NCBI GenBank assembly: GCA_020026075.1
Contig: JAHHQZ010000002.1
Coordinates: 12,567 to 76,566 of the forward strand
DNA length: 64,000 bases
From: Actinobacillus sp.
GTDB lineage: Bacteria > Pseudomonadota > Gammaproteobacteria > Enterobacterales > Pasteurellaceae
Direction: 5' to 3'
The notes beneath the pieces were generated by a model. It did not search any database. It had not been told where the DNA came from and saw nothing but the letters and a program-made list of their open reading frames with translations. The position numbers were made by a program, and so were the translations under genes. Positions 10,060-17,470 of this stretch are shown piece by piece. The first letter of the stretch is position 1. Each line of letters starts with the position of its first letter.

Positions 10060-10338
10060 CTAGGCTGGAATAATCGACCAAAAAATGCCTTCTGGGTATA
10101 GCGGTTTACCGTAGAACGATGGTGCTTCACAGTGGTGCAGTGGGTAAATGCGCAAGTCGTCTTCTTTTAGGTTGAGTAGGCGCAATATTTTCTTTAAATA
10201 TTCCGACCAAGCCTTTTCGCTGCCCTCATATAAAAACACGCTGTACTGCAAGGCGGTGGCGAATTTACTGATTTCTCGGTGCAAACGCTGTAAACGTTTG
10301 GGGTTCGGTATGTCGTAGCCGATAAGGTAGCGTGGCAT
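10060..10338 (-). CDS. cas2: CRISPR-associated endoribonuclease Cas2 (copy A, array-proximal)
   Basis: 92 aa; MPRYLIGYDIPNPKRLQRLHREISKFATALQYSVFLYE.. shows the Cas2 ferredoxin-fold pattern. It lies directly downstream of cas1. Confidence 0.85.
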   Translation of the reverse strand: MPRYLIGYDIPNPKRLQRLHREISKFATALQYSVFLYEGSEKAWSEYLKKILRLLNLKEDDLRIYPLHHCEAPSFYGKPLYPEGIFWSIIPA

Positions 10339-10339
10339 T

Positions 10340-11386
10340 TTAAGCCTCCCAGTGAATTTGCTCGTTAAGTAGCGGTAGGGTTTCTAATGCTGGCGGTTCG
10401 CTTGGCGTAGTAAGGCAAGTGCGTGCCGTTGGGTCTCGCCGTTGTGGCAAGGCAGGCAAACCTTGTACATTTAGCTGGGTCAAAAGATGTGCCGTAAGTT
10501 TTTTCAATAAACTGCGCCAGTAAGGCATTTGTTGTTCGTAGGCGGCATAAAATTTTGCTCGTCCTGCTTTGCCGAGCAAACAGCCTTTTTCATTTTGGCT
10601 AAAATGTTCAGGCTGTAATATTTTTTGACGAAATAACCCCAACACCCAGCTGTCAACCAACGGTCGCAGAGGTTCAATTAGATCACACGCTAATGAATAG
10701 CGCCCAAAATCCACGCCGTGCAAAAAGCCGATGGCGGGGTCTAGCCCTGCGATGTAGGCATTGAGCGTGCATTCGCTGTATAGCAAGGTATAAGCGAGCG
10801 AAATGAGGGCGTTAAAAGGGTCTTTGGGCGGACGTCGGCTACGTTGGGCGAAGGCTAAACGAGGGGGCAAATAGCTACCAATGGCGGAAAAATAAGCTCT
10901 CGCCGCACTGCCTTCAATCCCTCGTAATTGAGCAAGGCTTTGGCATTGGTTGACTTGCCCTTGTGCCTGTTCAAGCTGAAAAGCCGTTCGGCGAAGTAAC
11001 GTGCTGGCTTTTTGGACGGCAAGATGGGTTATCCATTGTGTTTGAAAATATAATTTTTGAGCAATTAGCCCCTGTGCAATGTGCAGGCAAATCGTTTCAT
11101 CAAGCGATTGTGCGTATTGCGTGAGCCGTTTGGCGGCATCATTGTGGGGCGCTGGGAAGAAAATGCTCGGTTTGTGTTCTCGCCCCATTAAGGCGATAAC
11201 GCCAATATTTCGGCTCCCTAATTTGGCAAGTAAACGGCTTTCCAAACTGACATCGCCTTTTACAATCAGCCGTTCTAATGGCGCTAATGGCACGGTGGCG
11301 ATACGTTCGCCGTTTTCGTAACAAATCAGCACTTCCCCATTCAGTTTAAGTTCACATTTTTTGCGATCGATAAATAATGTAGCCAT
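10340..11386 (-). CDS. cas1: CRISPR-associated integrase Cas1
   Basis: 348 aa with Cas1 motifs: ..LRGIEGSAARAYF.., ..RRPPKDPFNALISLAYTLL.., ..DPAIGFLHG..SLACDLIEPLRPLVD. Confidence 0.95.
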   Translation of the reverse strand: MATLFIDRKKCELKLNGEVLICYENGERIATVPLAPLERLIVKGDVSLESRLLAKLGSRNIGVIALMGREHKPSIFFPAPHNDAAKRLTQYAQSLDETICLHIAQGLIAQKLYFQTQWITHLAVQKASTLLRRTAFQLEQAQGQVNQCQSLAQLRGIEGSAARAYFSAIGSYLPPRLAFAQRSRRPPKDPFNALISLAYTLLYSECTLNAYIAGLDPAIGFLHGVDFGRYSLACDLIEPLRPLVDSWVLGLFRQKILQPEHFSQNEKGCLLGKAGRAKFYAAYEQQMPYWRSLLKKLTAHLLTQLNVQGLPALPQRRDPTARTCLTTPSEPPALETLPLLNEQIHWEA

Positions 11387-11394
11387 CTTCTTCC

Positions 11395-11664
11395 CTATAT
11401 GATCATAAAAGGTAATTCCGCCAGCTTAGCTCGCCCAAAGAGTTGTGGCAACGCCGTATTTTTTAACGGAAAAATGAATAATCGGTCATCATCTTCCAGT
11501 AAACGATGTACGATCGTACGAAATCGTGCCAATTCCGCCGTTGTAAGCCAGCATTCATAAAACGATTTTTGCCCACGAATAGCGAATGCAGAGACTTTTT
11601 TATGCACCTGTCTTAGGCGTTTCGGATCAGCAATATCGTAGGCGATGAGGTATTTGTTACGCAT
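11395..11664 (-). CDS. cas2: Second Cas2-like protein (copy B, upstream of cas1)
   Basis: 89 aa; MRNKYLIAYDIADPKRLRQVHKKVSAFAIRGQKSFYECWLT...RLFIFPL has the same Cas2 pattern as copy A but is clearly divergent. Confidence 0.75.
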   Translation of the reverse strand: MRNKYLIAYDIADPKRLRQVHKKVSAFAIRGQKSFYECWLTTAELARFRTIVHRLLEDDDRLFIFPLKNTALPQLFGRAKLAELPFMII

Positions 11665-11677
11665 AATCTATACGCTA

Positions 11678-11764
11678 CTAATCATCAAGCAATGAGTTAA
11701 TTGCTTTTTGGGTTACAACAGTAGTAACAGTTACAGTCGCGCTAATTAAAAATGTTTCAAACAT
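11678..11764 (-). CDS. Candidate micro-ORF A (28 aa, Thr/Val-rich, hydrophobic)
   Basis: MFETFLISATVTVTTVVTQKAINSLLDD. A weak GGAAG SD lies 5 nt upstream and the ORF ends 13 nt before the cas2-B ATG, which has no SD of its own. It is a paralogue of micro-ORF B. Confidence 0.3.
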   Translation of the reverse strand: MFETFLISATVTVTTVVTQKAINSLLDD

Positions 11765-11809
11765 AATACTTCCATCTTATTAATCATCTGATAACTTTTC
11801 AGTAATGGT

Positions 11810-11866
11810 TTATGTGAAAACCATTACAGCTGTTGTAACAGCGGTTTTAAAAATAAGTTCAAACAT
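11810..11866 (-). CDS. Candidate micro-ORF B (18 aa)
   Basis: MFELIFKTAVTTAVMVFT with an AGGAG SD at 6-nt spacing. It shares MFE.., the T/V-rich core and flanking DNA (..TTCAAACAT..) with micro-ORF A. Confidence 0.3.
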   Translation of the reverse strand: MFELIFKTAVTTAVMVFT

Positions 11867-11904
11867 AAATTTCTCCTATTGTTAACGGTTACTTATGGGT
11901 TAAC

Positions 11905-11994
11905 CTATATCAGTATAGGCGGTAAATAAATGGGATCTTTCTCCAAAAGGTGACGTTCTGAACCATTCTTAATGATTGTCATAAAATCTTCCAT
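11905..11994 (-). CDS. Candidate micro-ORF C (29 aa)
   Basis: MEDFMTIIKNGSERHLLEKDPIYLPPILI with an AGGAG SD (12001-12005) at 6-nt spacing. It lies just downstream of a good sigma70-like promoter. Confidence 0.3.
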   Translation of the reverse strand: MEDFMTIIKNGSERHLLEKDPIYLPPILI

Positions 11995-12025
11995 TTTATT
12001 CTCCTATACTAATAAGAACTTCGGC

Positions 12026-12053
12026 ATCATTCATTTATTGAATGACTTGTCAA
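12026..12053 (-). promoter_or_regulatory. Candidate sigma70 promoter for the micro-ORF / cas2-cas1-cas2 / array unit
   Basis: On the minus strand: TTGACA (12053-12048), a 16-nt spacer, then AATGAT (12031-12026). Confidence 0.4.
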
Positions 12054-12095
12054 ACAATGCGTACATATTACTCGGTCAGTAAAAAATAGGTGAAT

Positions 12096-12111
12096 ACTGT
12101 AAATTTACAGT
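12096..12111. promoter_or_regulatory. Perfect 16-bp palindrome, candidate operator
   Basis: ACTGTAAATTTACAGT lies about 45 bp upstream of the candidate -35. It is not a LexA box: the CTGT..ACAG spacing is 6 rather than 8. Confidence 0.35.
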
Positions 12112-12251
12112 TTAGAAAACCATCAAAGTACAAATAACAAACAATAAACTCACTTTAAAAGCGTTTTTTGATTATTTCTTGATGTGGATATAGGGTTGGA
12201 TAAACGCATTTGGCAGCGGTGAATACTAGCTAAATGTGTTTATTATTGGGA

Positions 12252-13460
12252 TTAAGGTAGTATTTTATCTAATACTTTTTCTACCTGATGAGTGTCAATC
12301 GTAAGATTAGGTTCAAACATAAATTTATTGTTTTCATTCTTCTTCTCATCTGTAAATGGTAAAAACTTCATCGCATTATCAGAACTGATTTGGCACTTAT
12401 CTATAAGTTTTTCTTTGATTTTGGTTCTTGCACCATTCAAATTACTCATCAAAGTTGTTATACCTGAACTGTTTCCTTTATTATAAAGTTTTATGTATTC
12501 ATTAATTGTATCAGTCTTACCACCGAAAAAATCAACTAACTTACGAAAAGTTTCTACACTCTTCTCATAATTATCTTGTAATGCAAAATCCCAATTATTT
12601 TTTCTTGCATAGGCAATACTATACAAAAATGCATATTCCCTCGCTGACAGTTTAATTTCCACTCCATTAAATAGTACTATTCGATCTTCTGGATCATTAA
12701 GAAAGCAAATTGAAAATTTATCATCAATCCAGCTTTGTGTTTTCTTAACGGCCTCACTATAAGTTAGTTTTTGACTACAAAGCTTTTTAGGCAACCCAAT
12801 CCCTAAACGCACCCAAGGAATTTCTGCTAAAACAACTTTGGCATTTTGAGCATCAATTCTTTGACCTTTATCATTATTAATAAAATAAGAATAAGGTTTT
12901 GGATAATAGAACTCTCTTACATTTTCAAAAGTTTCATCAACCAGTACGTGAGAAAGAGTATCCTGTTTTCGTCCAAATAATGATAAAGCGTAGCCAACAA
13001 AGAATCCCATTGTCTTACGACCACCAGCAATAGAAACGTGCAAGGCAGAATCTTCATCACGGCATAATTCCCCTACTCGTTGCACAATTTGATCGGATGC
13101 GAATTGGTTTTCTTCAAGGGTACGAATATCATTTAATGGATTACCGTTGCAATCTTCAATAACTGTTATGGAGTTTTCATCAAAATGAATATGCTCAATT
13201 CCATATTGCTTACCGTAATCTTGGATAAATTGCTCAATAACATTGATCTTTTTATCTTTTCGTCCATCTACAATACCAAGTAAGCTCTCAAGTAATTTAT
13301 TTTTTCCTCGCTCGGTCGTTAATACTTGAATTTCAGTAATAGGAACATTTTTTTCTACCACTAATCCATAAAGTGTTTCTGTTACTACTGCAGGGGACAT
13401 TCCTGTTACGGTGAGTAAAATGTTTTTATTGTACGTCGTTTTCATCATTCGTTGATCCAT
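12252..13460 (-). CDS. CARF-domain protein (Cas_NE0113/TIGR02584-like) with a C-terminal OmpR/PhoB-like winged-helix domain
   Basis: N-terminus NILLTVTGMSPAVVTETLYGL...HVSIAGGRKTMGFFVGYALSL (CARF GGxKxM-type motif). C-terminus ..IKLSAREYAFLYSIAYAR...GARTKIKEKL resembles Trans_reg_C (LTxxEfxlL...hIxrLRkKL). The start may be M5 at 13448, which forms an ATGA overlap with the upstream stop. The gene is AT-rich. Confidence 0.65.
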   Translation of the reverse strand: MDQRMMKTTYNKNILLTVTGMSPAVVTETLYGLVVEKNVPITEIQVLTTERGKNKLLESLLGIVDGRKDKKINVIEQFIQDYGKQYGIEHIHFDENSITVIEDCNGNPLNDIRTLEENQFASDQIVQRVGELCRDEDSALHVSIAGGRKTMGFFVGYALSLFGRKQDTLSHVLVDETFENVREFYYPKPYSYFINNDKGQRIDAQNAKVVLAEIPWVRLGIGLPKKLCSQKLTYSEAVKKTQSWIDDKFSICFLNDPEDRIVLFNGVEIKLSAREYAFLYSIAYARKNNWDFALQDNYEKSVETFRKLVDFFGGKTDTINEYIKLYNKGNSSGITTLMSNLNGARTKIKEKLIDKCQISSDNAMKFLPFTDEKKNENNKFMFEPNLTIDTHQVEKVLDKILP

Positions 13461-14620
13461 TCTTTTAGAAGTGTTTTTAGACTTGCAAGTTGAGTTGCTT
13501 GAATAATTTTAATATTGTTATCTTTTGCACGATTCAATAAAGTTATTGGTAATTTAAAATATGAAACAAAAGCTAATTTTGTTTCTCTGCCGCAATGAGC
13601 TTTAATCGTTAACAACTTATTAATATAGTCTTTTGCATCATCTTTATTTTTAATTATACAAGCCTTACATTCAATTAAATGTAGTTTATTATTGGATAGA
13701 AATGCCACATCAACTTCATCATTCTTTCCTTGATTATCAGCACTTCTACAAGACTTTTGCTCTTGGTAATCATCACGACCTAGTTCCAAGCCACTGGCTA
13801 AATCTTGGATACCACCTTGCTCTTTATGAATTTCTTGTACAATATGGTAACAGTAATCTTCAAACCATACCCCATTTAGTAATCTCAAAACATCTCTATC
13901 TTTAAATTCTACTTTACCTTCCTTAAAGTTTATTAATCCTTCTTTATCTAAGCATTCAAATAAAGAACAAATTTCTTTTTGTTTTAGGGTGTTTTTATCG
14001 ACTTCTGCTTTAAGGCTATCTTTACAGCCCGATGCCACACCATTTAACACACGAATAAACTTTTCATTTTTTGAGTAGTTTTTAATAAAATTATTATACA
14101 AGTTAAATAAACCTTTTGAGGTGTTAGGCTTATTATCATTTAATAATTTATTACCATGTGCGGTTAAATATGCATTAAGCTTTAATTTAGAGTTTAACGT
14201 TAATGATTCAATTTTTTCTTTTTGAATCCATAATAATTGAGAATCTTGATTCAGATAGTAGAAAATATCTGATAACCCAGGAAAAACAGCATACATTGCT
14301 AAGGTCATTATTTTTGTTCCACCTGTTAGATTCACTGCTATTTTTTTATCTTCGTATTTCGTGGCTATATCAAATGCTGTATCCATTATATTTGACAGAT
14401 CATAAGCATCCTTAATATCAATAATCTCAATATTTTTGCGAGCAATCCCCTTTGTCATCAATGCATTCACAAGCCAATCAGCTTTTTTCTGCATATCCTT
14501 TGAAACTAGCAAAATAATATTTTTAGGATTAAATCTATCATCACACAACGGTAATAAATTGGGGGCAGGTTCGTGAGAAACTAAGCAAAGGTAGTAATCA
14601 AATTTTGGAAAGTTTTGCAT
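13445..14620 (-). CDS. can2: CARF plus PD-(D/E)xK nuclease effector, Can2/Card1 (DUF1887) family
   Basis: N-terminal CARF: YYLCLVSHEPAPNLLP...IAVNLTGGTKIMTLAMYAV. C-terminal nuclease motif: EVDVAFLSNNKLHLIECKA (D...ExK). I take the start at MQNFPKF (14620, AGGAG SD) rather than the tracked 14701. Confidence 0.75.
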   Translation of the reverse strand: MQNFPKFDYYLCLVSHEPAPNLLPLCDDRFNPKNIILLVSKDMQKKADWLVNALMTKGIARKNIEIIDIKDAYDLSNIMDTAFDIATKYEDKKIAVNLTGGTKIMTLAMYAVFPGLSDIFYYLNQDSQLLWIQKEKIESLTLNSKLKLNAYLTAHGNKLLNDNKPNTSKGLFNLYNNFIKNYSKNEKFIRVLNGVASGCKDSLKAEVDKNTLKQKEICSLFECLDKEGLINFKEGKVEFKDRDVLRLLNGVWFEDYCYHIVQEIHKEQGGIQDLASGLELGRDDYQEQKSCRSADNQGKNDEVDVAFLSNNKLHLIECKACIIKNKDDAKDYINKLLTIKAHCGRETKLAFVSYFKLPITLLNRAKDNNIKIIQATQLASLKTLLKEWINE

Positions 14621-14630
14621 AAAAAGCTCC

Positions 14631-14921
14631 TTATAACGCTTTAACAAAAAATGGTTGGATTTTGCAGTTTTGGGCGGTGAGTTGTTGGGTGGATAGCTCA
14701 ACTCCGCGTTGCATAAAACTGATGTTGATGGTTAAAAAGAAAAAATTAGCCCCTTTGGCACACACTTCGGCTGCTAAGTGAATAGGGAGCGTACCGATAA
14801 CGATATCCCCTGCATTTACTTGGTCAATGTCTAAATGTGCGACAAAGGTGTCAATCGCTAAATTTTGCTGTAATGCCCAGTCAATCGCACCTTGGTGACG
14901 AGAAACAAAAAATGTTGTCAT
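14631..14921 (-). CDS. csx16: Small CRISPR-associated protein, Csx16 (Cas_VVA1548) family
   Basis: 96 aa; MTTFFVSRHQGAIDWALQQ...IVIGTLPIHLAAEV. The size and N-terminal FVSRHxGAxxWA pattern match my recollection of the VVA1548 family. It has an AGGAG SD and sits between cas6 and can2. Confidence 0.6.
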   Translation of the reverse strand: MTTFFVSRHQGAIDWALQQNLAIDTFVAHLDIDQVNAGDIVIGTLPIHLAAEVCAKGANFFFLTINISFMQRGVELSTQQLTAQNCKIQPFFVKAL

Positions 14922-14972
14922 AAAAATCTCCTGCTATTCAATGTGGGGCTTACTCTATCACCAAGAAAATTA

Positions 14973-15899
14973 TTAGGCTTGTTCTGTAAATTTACATTGA
15001 TATTTTCCCAGCCCAAAGGTGGCATTTTTACCGCAATGTAGCCATTGACCGAGATACAATAACCGTTGCCACGCTGGTGAAAGCCCGTCAAATTGCCATT
15101 CACCCACAACGCCTCCGAGCGCCATTCGCTGTTTTTGACGACTGGAATATCTTGTCCAATCTTGCCAACGTAGGGTTTTCTTTTCCTGAATTTGAGCAAG
15201 TTCTGCTTTTAGTTCGGCGAAATCCAAATCCAAGGGGATTGCGTGAAATTCAGCCAACAGCGACACACGCTTAGCCAACGTGAGAAAAAAACGCTCCGCC
15301 GTTAAGGTTGTCGCTCGCAATGGTTTACCATTTTGTTGAATGCGCAATGGCGTTTCAATTTCAATGCTAACCTTGGCGGAAAGATTAGGCTTCAACGCCA
15401 CATCCGCATTTTCTAGTGGTGTTTTTGTCGCCAAAATATCCTGCCAGCCGCTGCTAGTTTGTTGTTCCAGCACACAAAGCACCGCTTGCCCTTTGCTCGC
15501 CCCAATGCGGTGAGCAAAGGCACGCTCGAATGCGTAGCAAATCAGCGGAAATTCTTTGATTAACTGCCCCACTAACACTAAGTGGAAAGTCAAAATTTCC
15601 CCTGCTTGATATTCTTGCTTACCCCAGCTTGGCGGTTCAATAATGTAGCCGTTAGGAATTTGGCTAAATTTCTGTAACGCGTGATTTTCAGGGGCTGGCG
15701 TTGTGAAAATTCGTGTAAAAGGGCAACTGCGATACAACGGGCATTCGTGGCAATCCTTGCGTTTCGTCATACAAGCCGTATGGCGCAGGGCTTGCCCAAA
15801 CGCCCCACGTAAGGTTGAGCCTGCGTAATCAGGCAGGCTAATCGGTGTGGTTACTCGAAAACTAAACCGAAAACGAGCAAAAGGTAGTGTGTCGTGCAT
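14973..15899 (-). CDS. cas6: CRISPR repeat endoribonuclease Cas6
   Basis: 308 aa RAMP with a C-terminal glycine-rich loop (..HCGKNATFGLGKY..). Its TAATG overlaps the csm5 stop. Confidence 0.8.
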   Translation of the reverse strand: MHDTLPFARFRFSFRVTTPISLPDYAGSTLRGAFGQALRHTACMTKRKDCHECPLYRSCPFTRIFTTPAPENHALQKFSQIPNGYIIEPPSWGKQEYQAGEILTFHLVLVGQLIKEFPLICYAFERAFAHRIGASKGQAVLCVLEQQTSSGWQDILATKTPLENADVALKPNLSAKVSIEIETPLRIQQNGKPLRATTLTAERFFLTLAKRVSLLAEFHAIPLDLDFAELKAELAQIQEKKTLRWQDWTRYSSRQKQRMALGGVVGEWQFDGLSPAWQRLLYLGQWLHCGKNATFGLGKYQCKFTEQA

Positions 15900-17470
15900 T
15901 AAATCCCTGCTTTTTCCTTAATTTTGTTGAGCGACTGCTTAAAGTCTTTGGCTTTATTTTTGAGCTTGCCAGCGGGCTTTTCAAAATCGGTGGCATTTGT
16001 CACTTTTTCATAAAAAATTCCAGCCTTGTCTGTTACCGCTTGATACAAGAAAGCACAATCTTCCGCCGACCAATTATCTTGCAACGTTCGTTCAATGAAA
16101 CCACAAAAGCCTTTAAAGACGATTGAATCTTCCGTTGAACGTTTTTTGTCCGCCGTTGACCAAGCGTTAAATTGTTCTTCCATTTCTTGTTGCAATGGCG
16201 AGAGTTTGCTTAGCCGTTCAGCCTCTGCTTGTTTTTCTTTGGCTTGTTTCGCCGCTTTTTCAACAAGTTCAGCCTGTCGTTGTTGAATTTCTCGCTGCTT
16301 AGCCTCTTGGAGCGCTTTTAATTGAGCAAAATCAACGCCTAGCTCAGCATTCTCTTGGCACCAAGTTTTCAATGCGGTGTTTTCACCTTGTGGATCAAGT
16401 TCAATTAACGCCCAGCCCAAAGGTTGTAGCCCTTTTGTAGAATCGGCAAACCACCACGTTGTTGGGCGTTCCTGATCGCCTGCTTTTTTTATCGCTATTT
16501 TAGCAATATCTTTTCCACGATAAATTTTGTTATCCGCCCCACATTTTCCTAAACGCACTAAGTAAGCATTCGGCATTGATTGAATTAAATTCACCAAGCT
16601 TTTCGCCCAAATCTGACGAGCGAGTCCAACCGTTTGCATTTCTTGCAACTCTTCCTTTAATAACTTAATGGAATAGTCGTGTAGGATTTTTAGCTCTTTG
16701 GCTAGGCTGGAATTTTGCGAAAAATTTTGACATTTTTTATCATCATAAATGGAAAGCTCTGCACCAAATGCTCGGTATTGGGCGGGTAAAAGGCATTCAC
16801 GGCGTATCGTTCCTTTAAAACTCCCCTCACCATTTTTGCGTTTTTTATTTTGCATATAGTAAAGCTTTGTGCCTTTATACGCCCCATTCGCCATAAAATC
16901 GCCAAAGGCTAAATGGTTATAGCGACTGGTTTGGAAACTCCCCACATACTCTTCTTTGGCTTGACTATCATCTTTTGCATAAAACGGATTATTACCTTTT
17001 TGCTGATGACAATAATCCAAATATGCCGTAACCAATGCGCCTTTCACGCTACTGGCAGGAATATAGGCTTGGTTTAGGTTTTTAGCGTAAGTGTGGCGCT
17101 CAACGTAAAGTTGATTAAAAACCTTTTCGCTACCTTGATGTTGTGCAGGTTTATCAACTTTATCCGCCCATTCGCTCGCAAAGCTCGAAGGTACAGCAAC
17201 GTAATAATCTGCAATGCCCAAATAGGCGTTACAGTATTCCTTATAAACTTTTTGGATTCTTAATAAATCTTGGCTTTTTACCGCATTATTGAGTTCAACA
17301 TATTGTTTATCGCCTTTTTCAAGCGGTAATTTGCTTGGATCAAAATGGGCAAGTACGTTTAACTTTGCATCAACGACATAATTGGTTGGTTCAAATTCTT
17401 CCCCTGCCCCAATATGAATGGGCGTAAGTGGGGTTAGCATAAGCCGATGGGTTTGTAAAAATGCGTCCAT
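15899..17470 (-). CDS. csm5: Csm5 (RAMP, Cas7-like) with a ~150-aa C-terminal extension
   Basis: N-terminus LTPLTPIHIGAGEEFEPTNYVV...SSVKGALVTAYLD is Csm5-like and the gene follows csm4. Residues from about 375 onward are a Lys/Glu/Gln-rich predicted coiled coil (LQEAKQREIQQRQAELVEKAAKQAKEKQAEAERL) plus an extra helical domain. Confidence 0.75.
   Translation of the reverse strand: MDAFLQTHRLMLTPLTPIHIGAGEEFEPTNYVVDAKLNVLAHFDPSKLPLEKGDKQYVELNNAVKSQDLLRIQKVYKEYCNAYLGIADYYVAVPSSFASEWADKVDKPAQHQGSEKVFNQLYVERHTYAKNLNQAYIPASSVKGALVTAYLDYCHQQKGNNPFYAKDDSQAKEEYVGSFQTSRYNHLAFGDFMANGAYKGTKLYYMQNKKRKNGEGSFKGTIRRECLLPAQYRAFGAELSIYDDKKCQNFSQNSSLAKELKILHDYSIKLLKEELQEMQTVGLARQIWAKSLVNLIQSMPNAYLVRLGKCGADNKIYRGKDIAKIAIKKAGDQERPTTWWFADSTKGLQPLGWALIELDPQGENTALKTWCQENAELGVDFAQLKALQEAKQREIQQRQAELVEKAAKQAKEKQAEAERLSKLSPLQQEMEEQFNAWSTADKKRSTEDSIVFKGFCGFIERTLQDNWSAEDCAFLYQAVTDKAGIFYEKVTNATDFEKPAGKLKNKAKDFKQSLNKIKEKAGI

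Noticed and set aside
12096-12111. Considered the palindrome ACTGTAAATTTACAGT as a LexA (SOS) box
   Set aside because: The gammaproteobacterial LexA box is CTGT-N8-ACAG. Here the spacer is 6 nt, so I kept it only as an unassigned operator candidate.
14918-15199. 93-aa ORF overlapping the cas6 3' end in another frame, whose stop forms an ATGA with the csx16 start
   Set aside because: Most of it lies inside the well-supported cas6 frame, it has no recognisable domain or SD, and csx16 has its own AGGAG SD. It is most likely a chance open frame.
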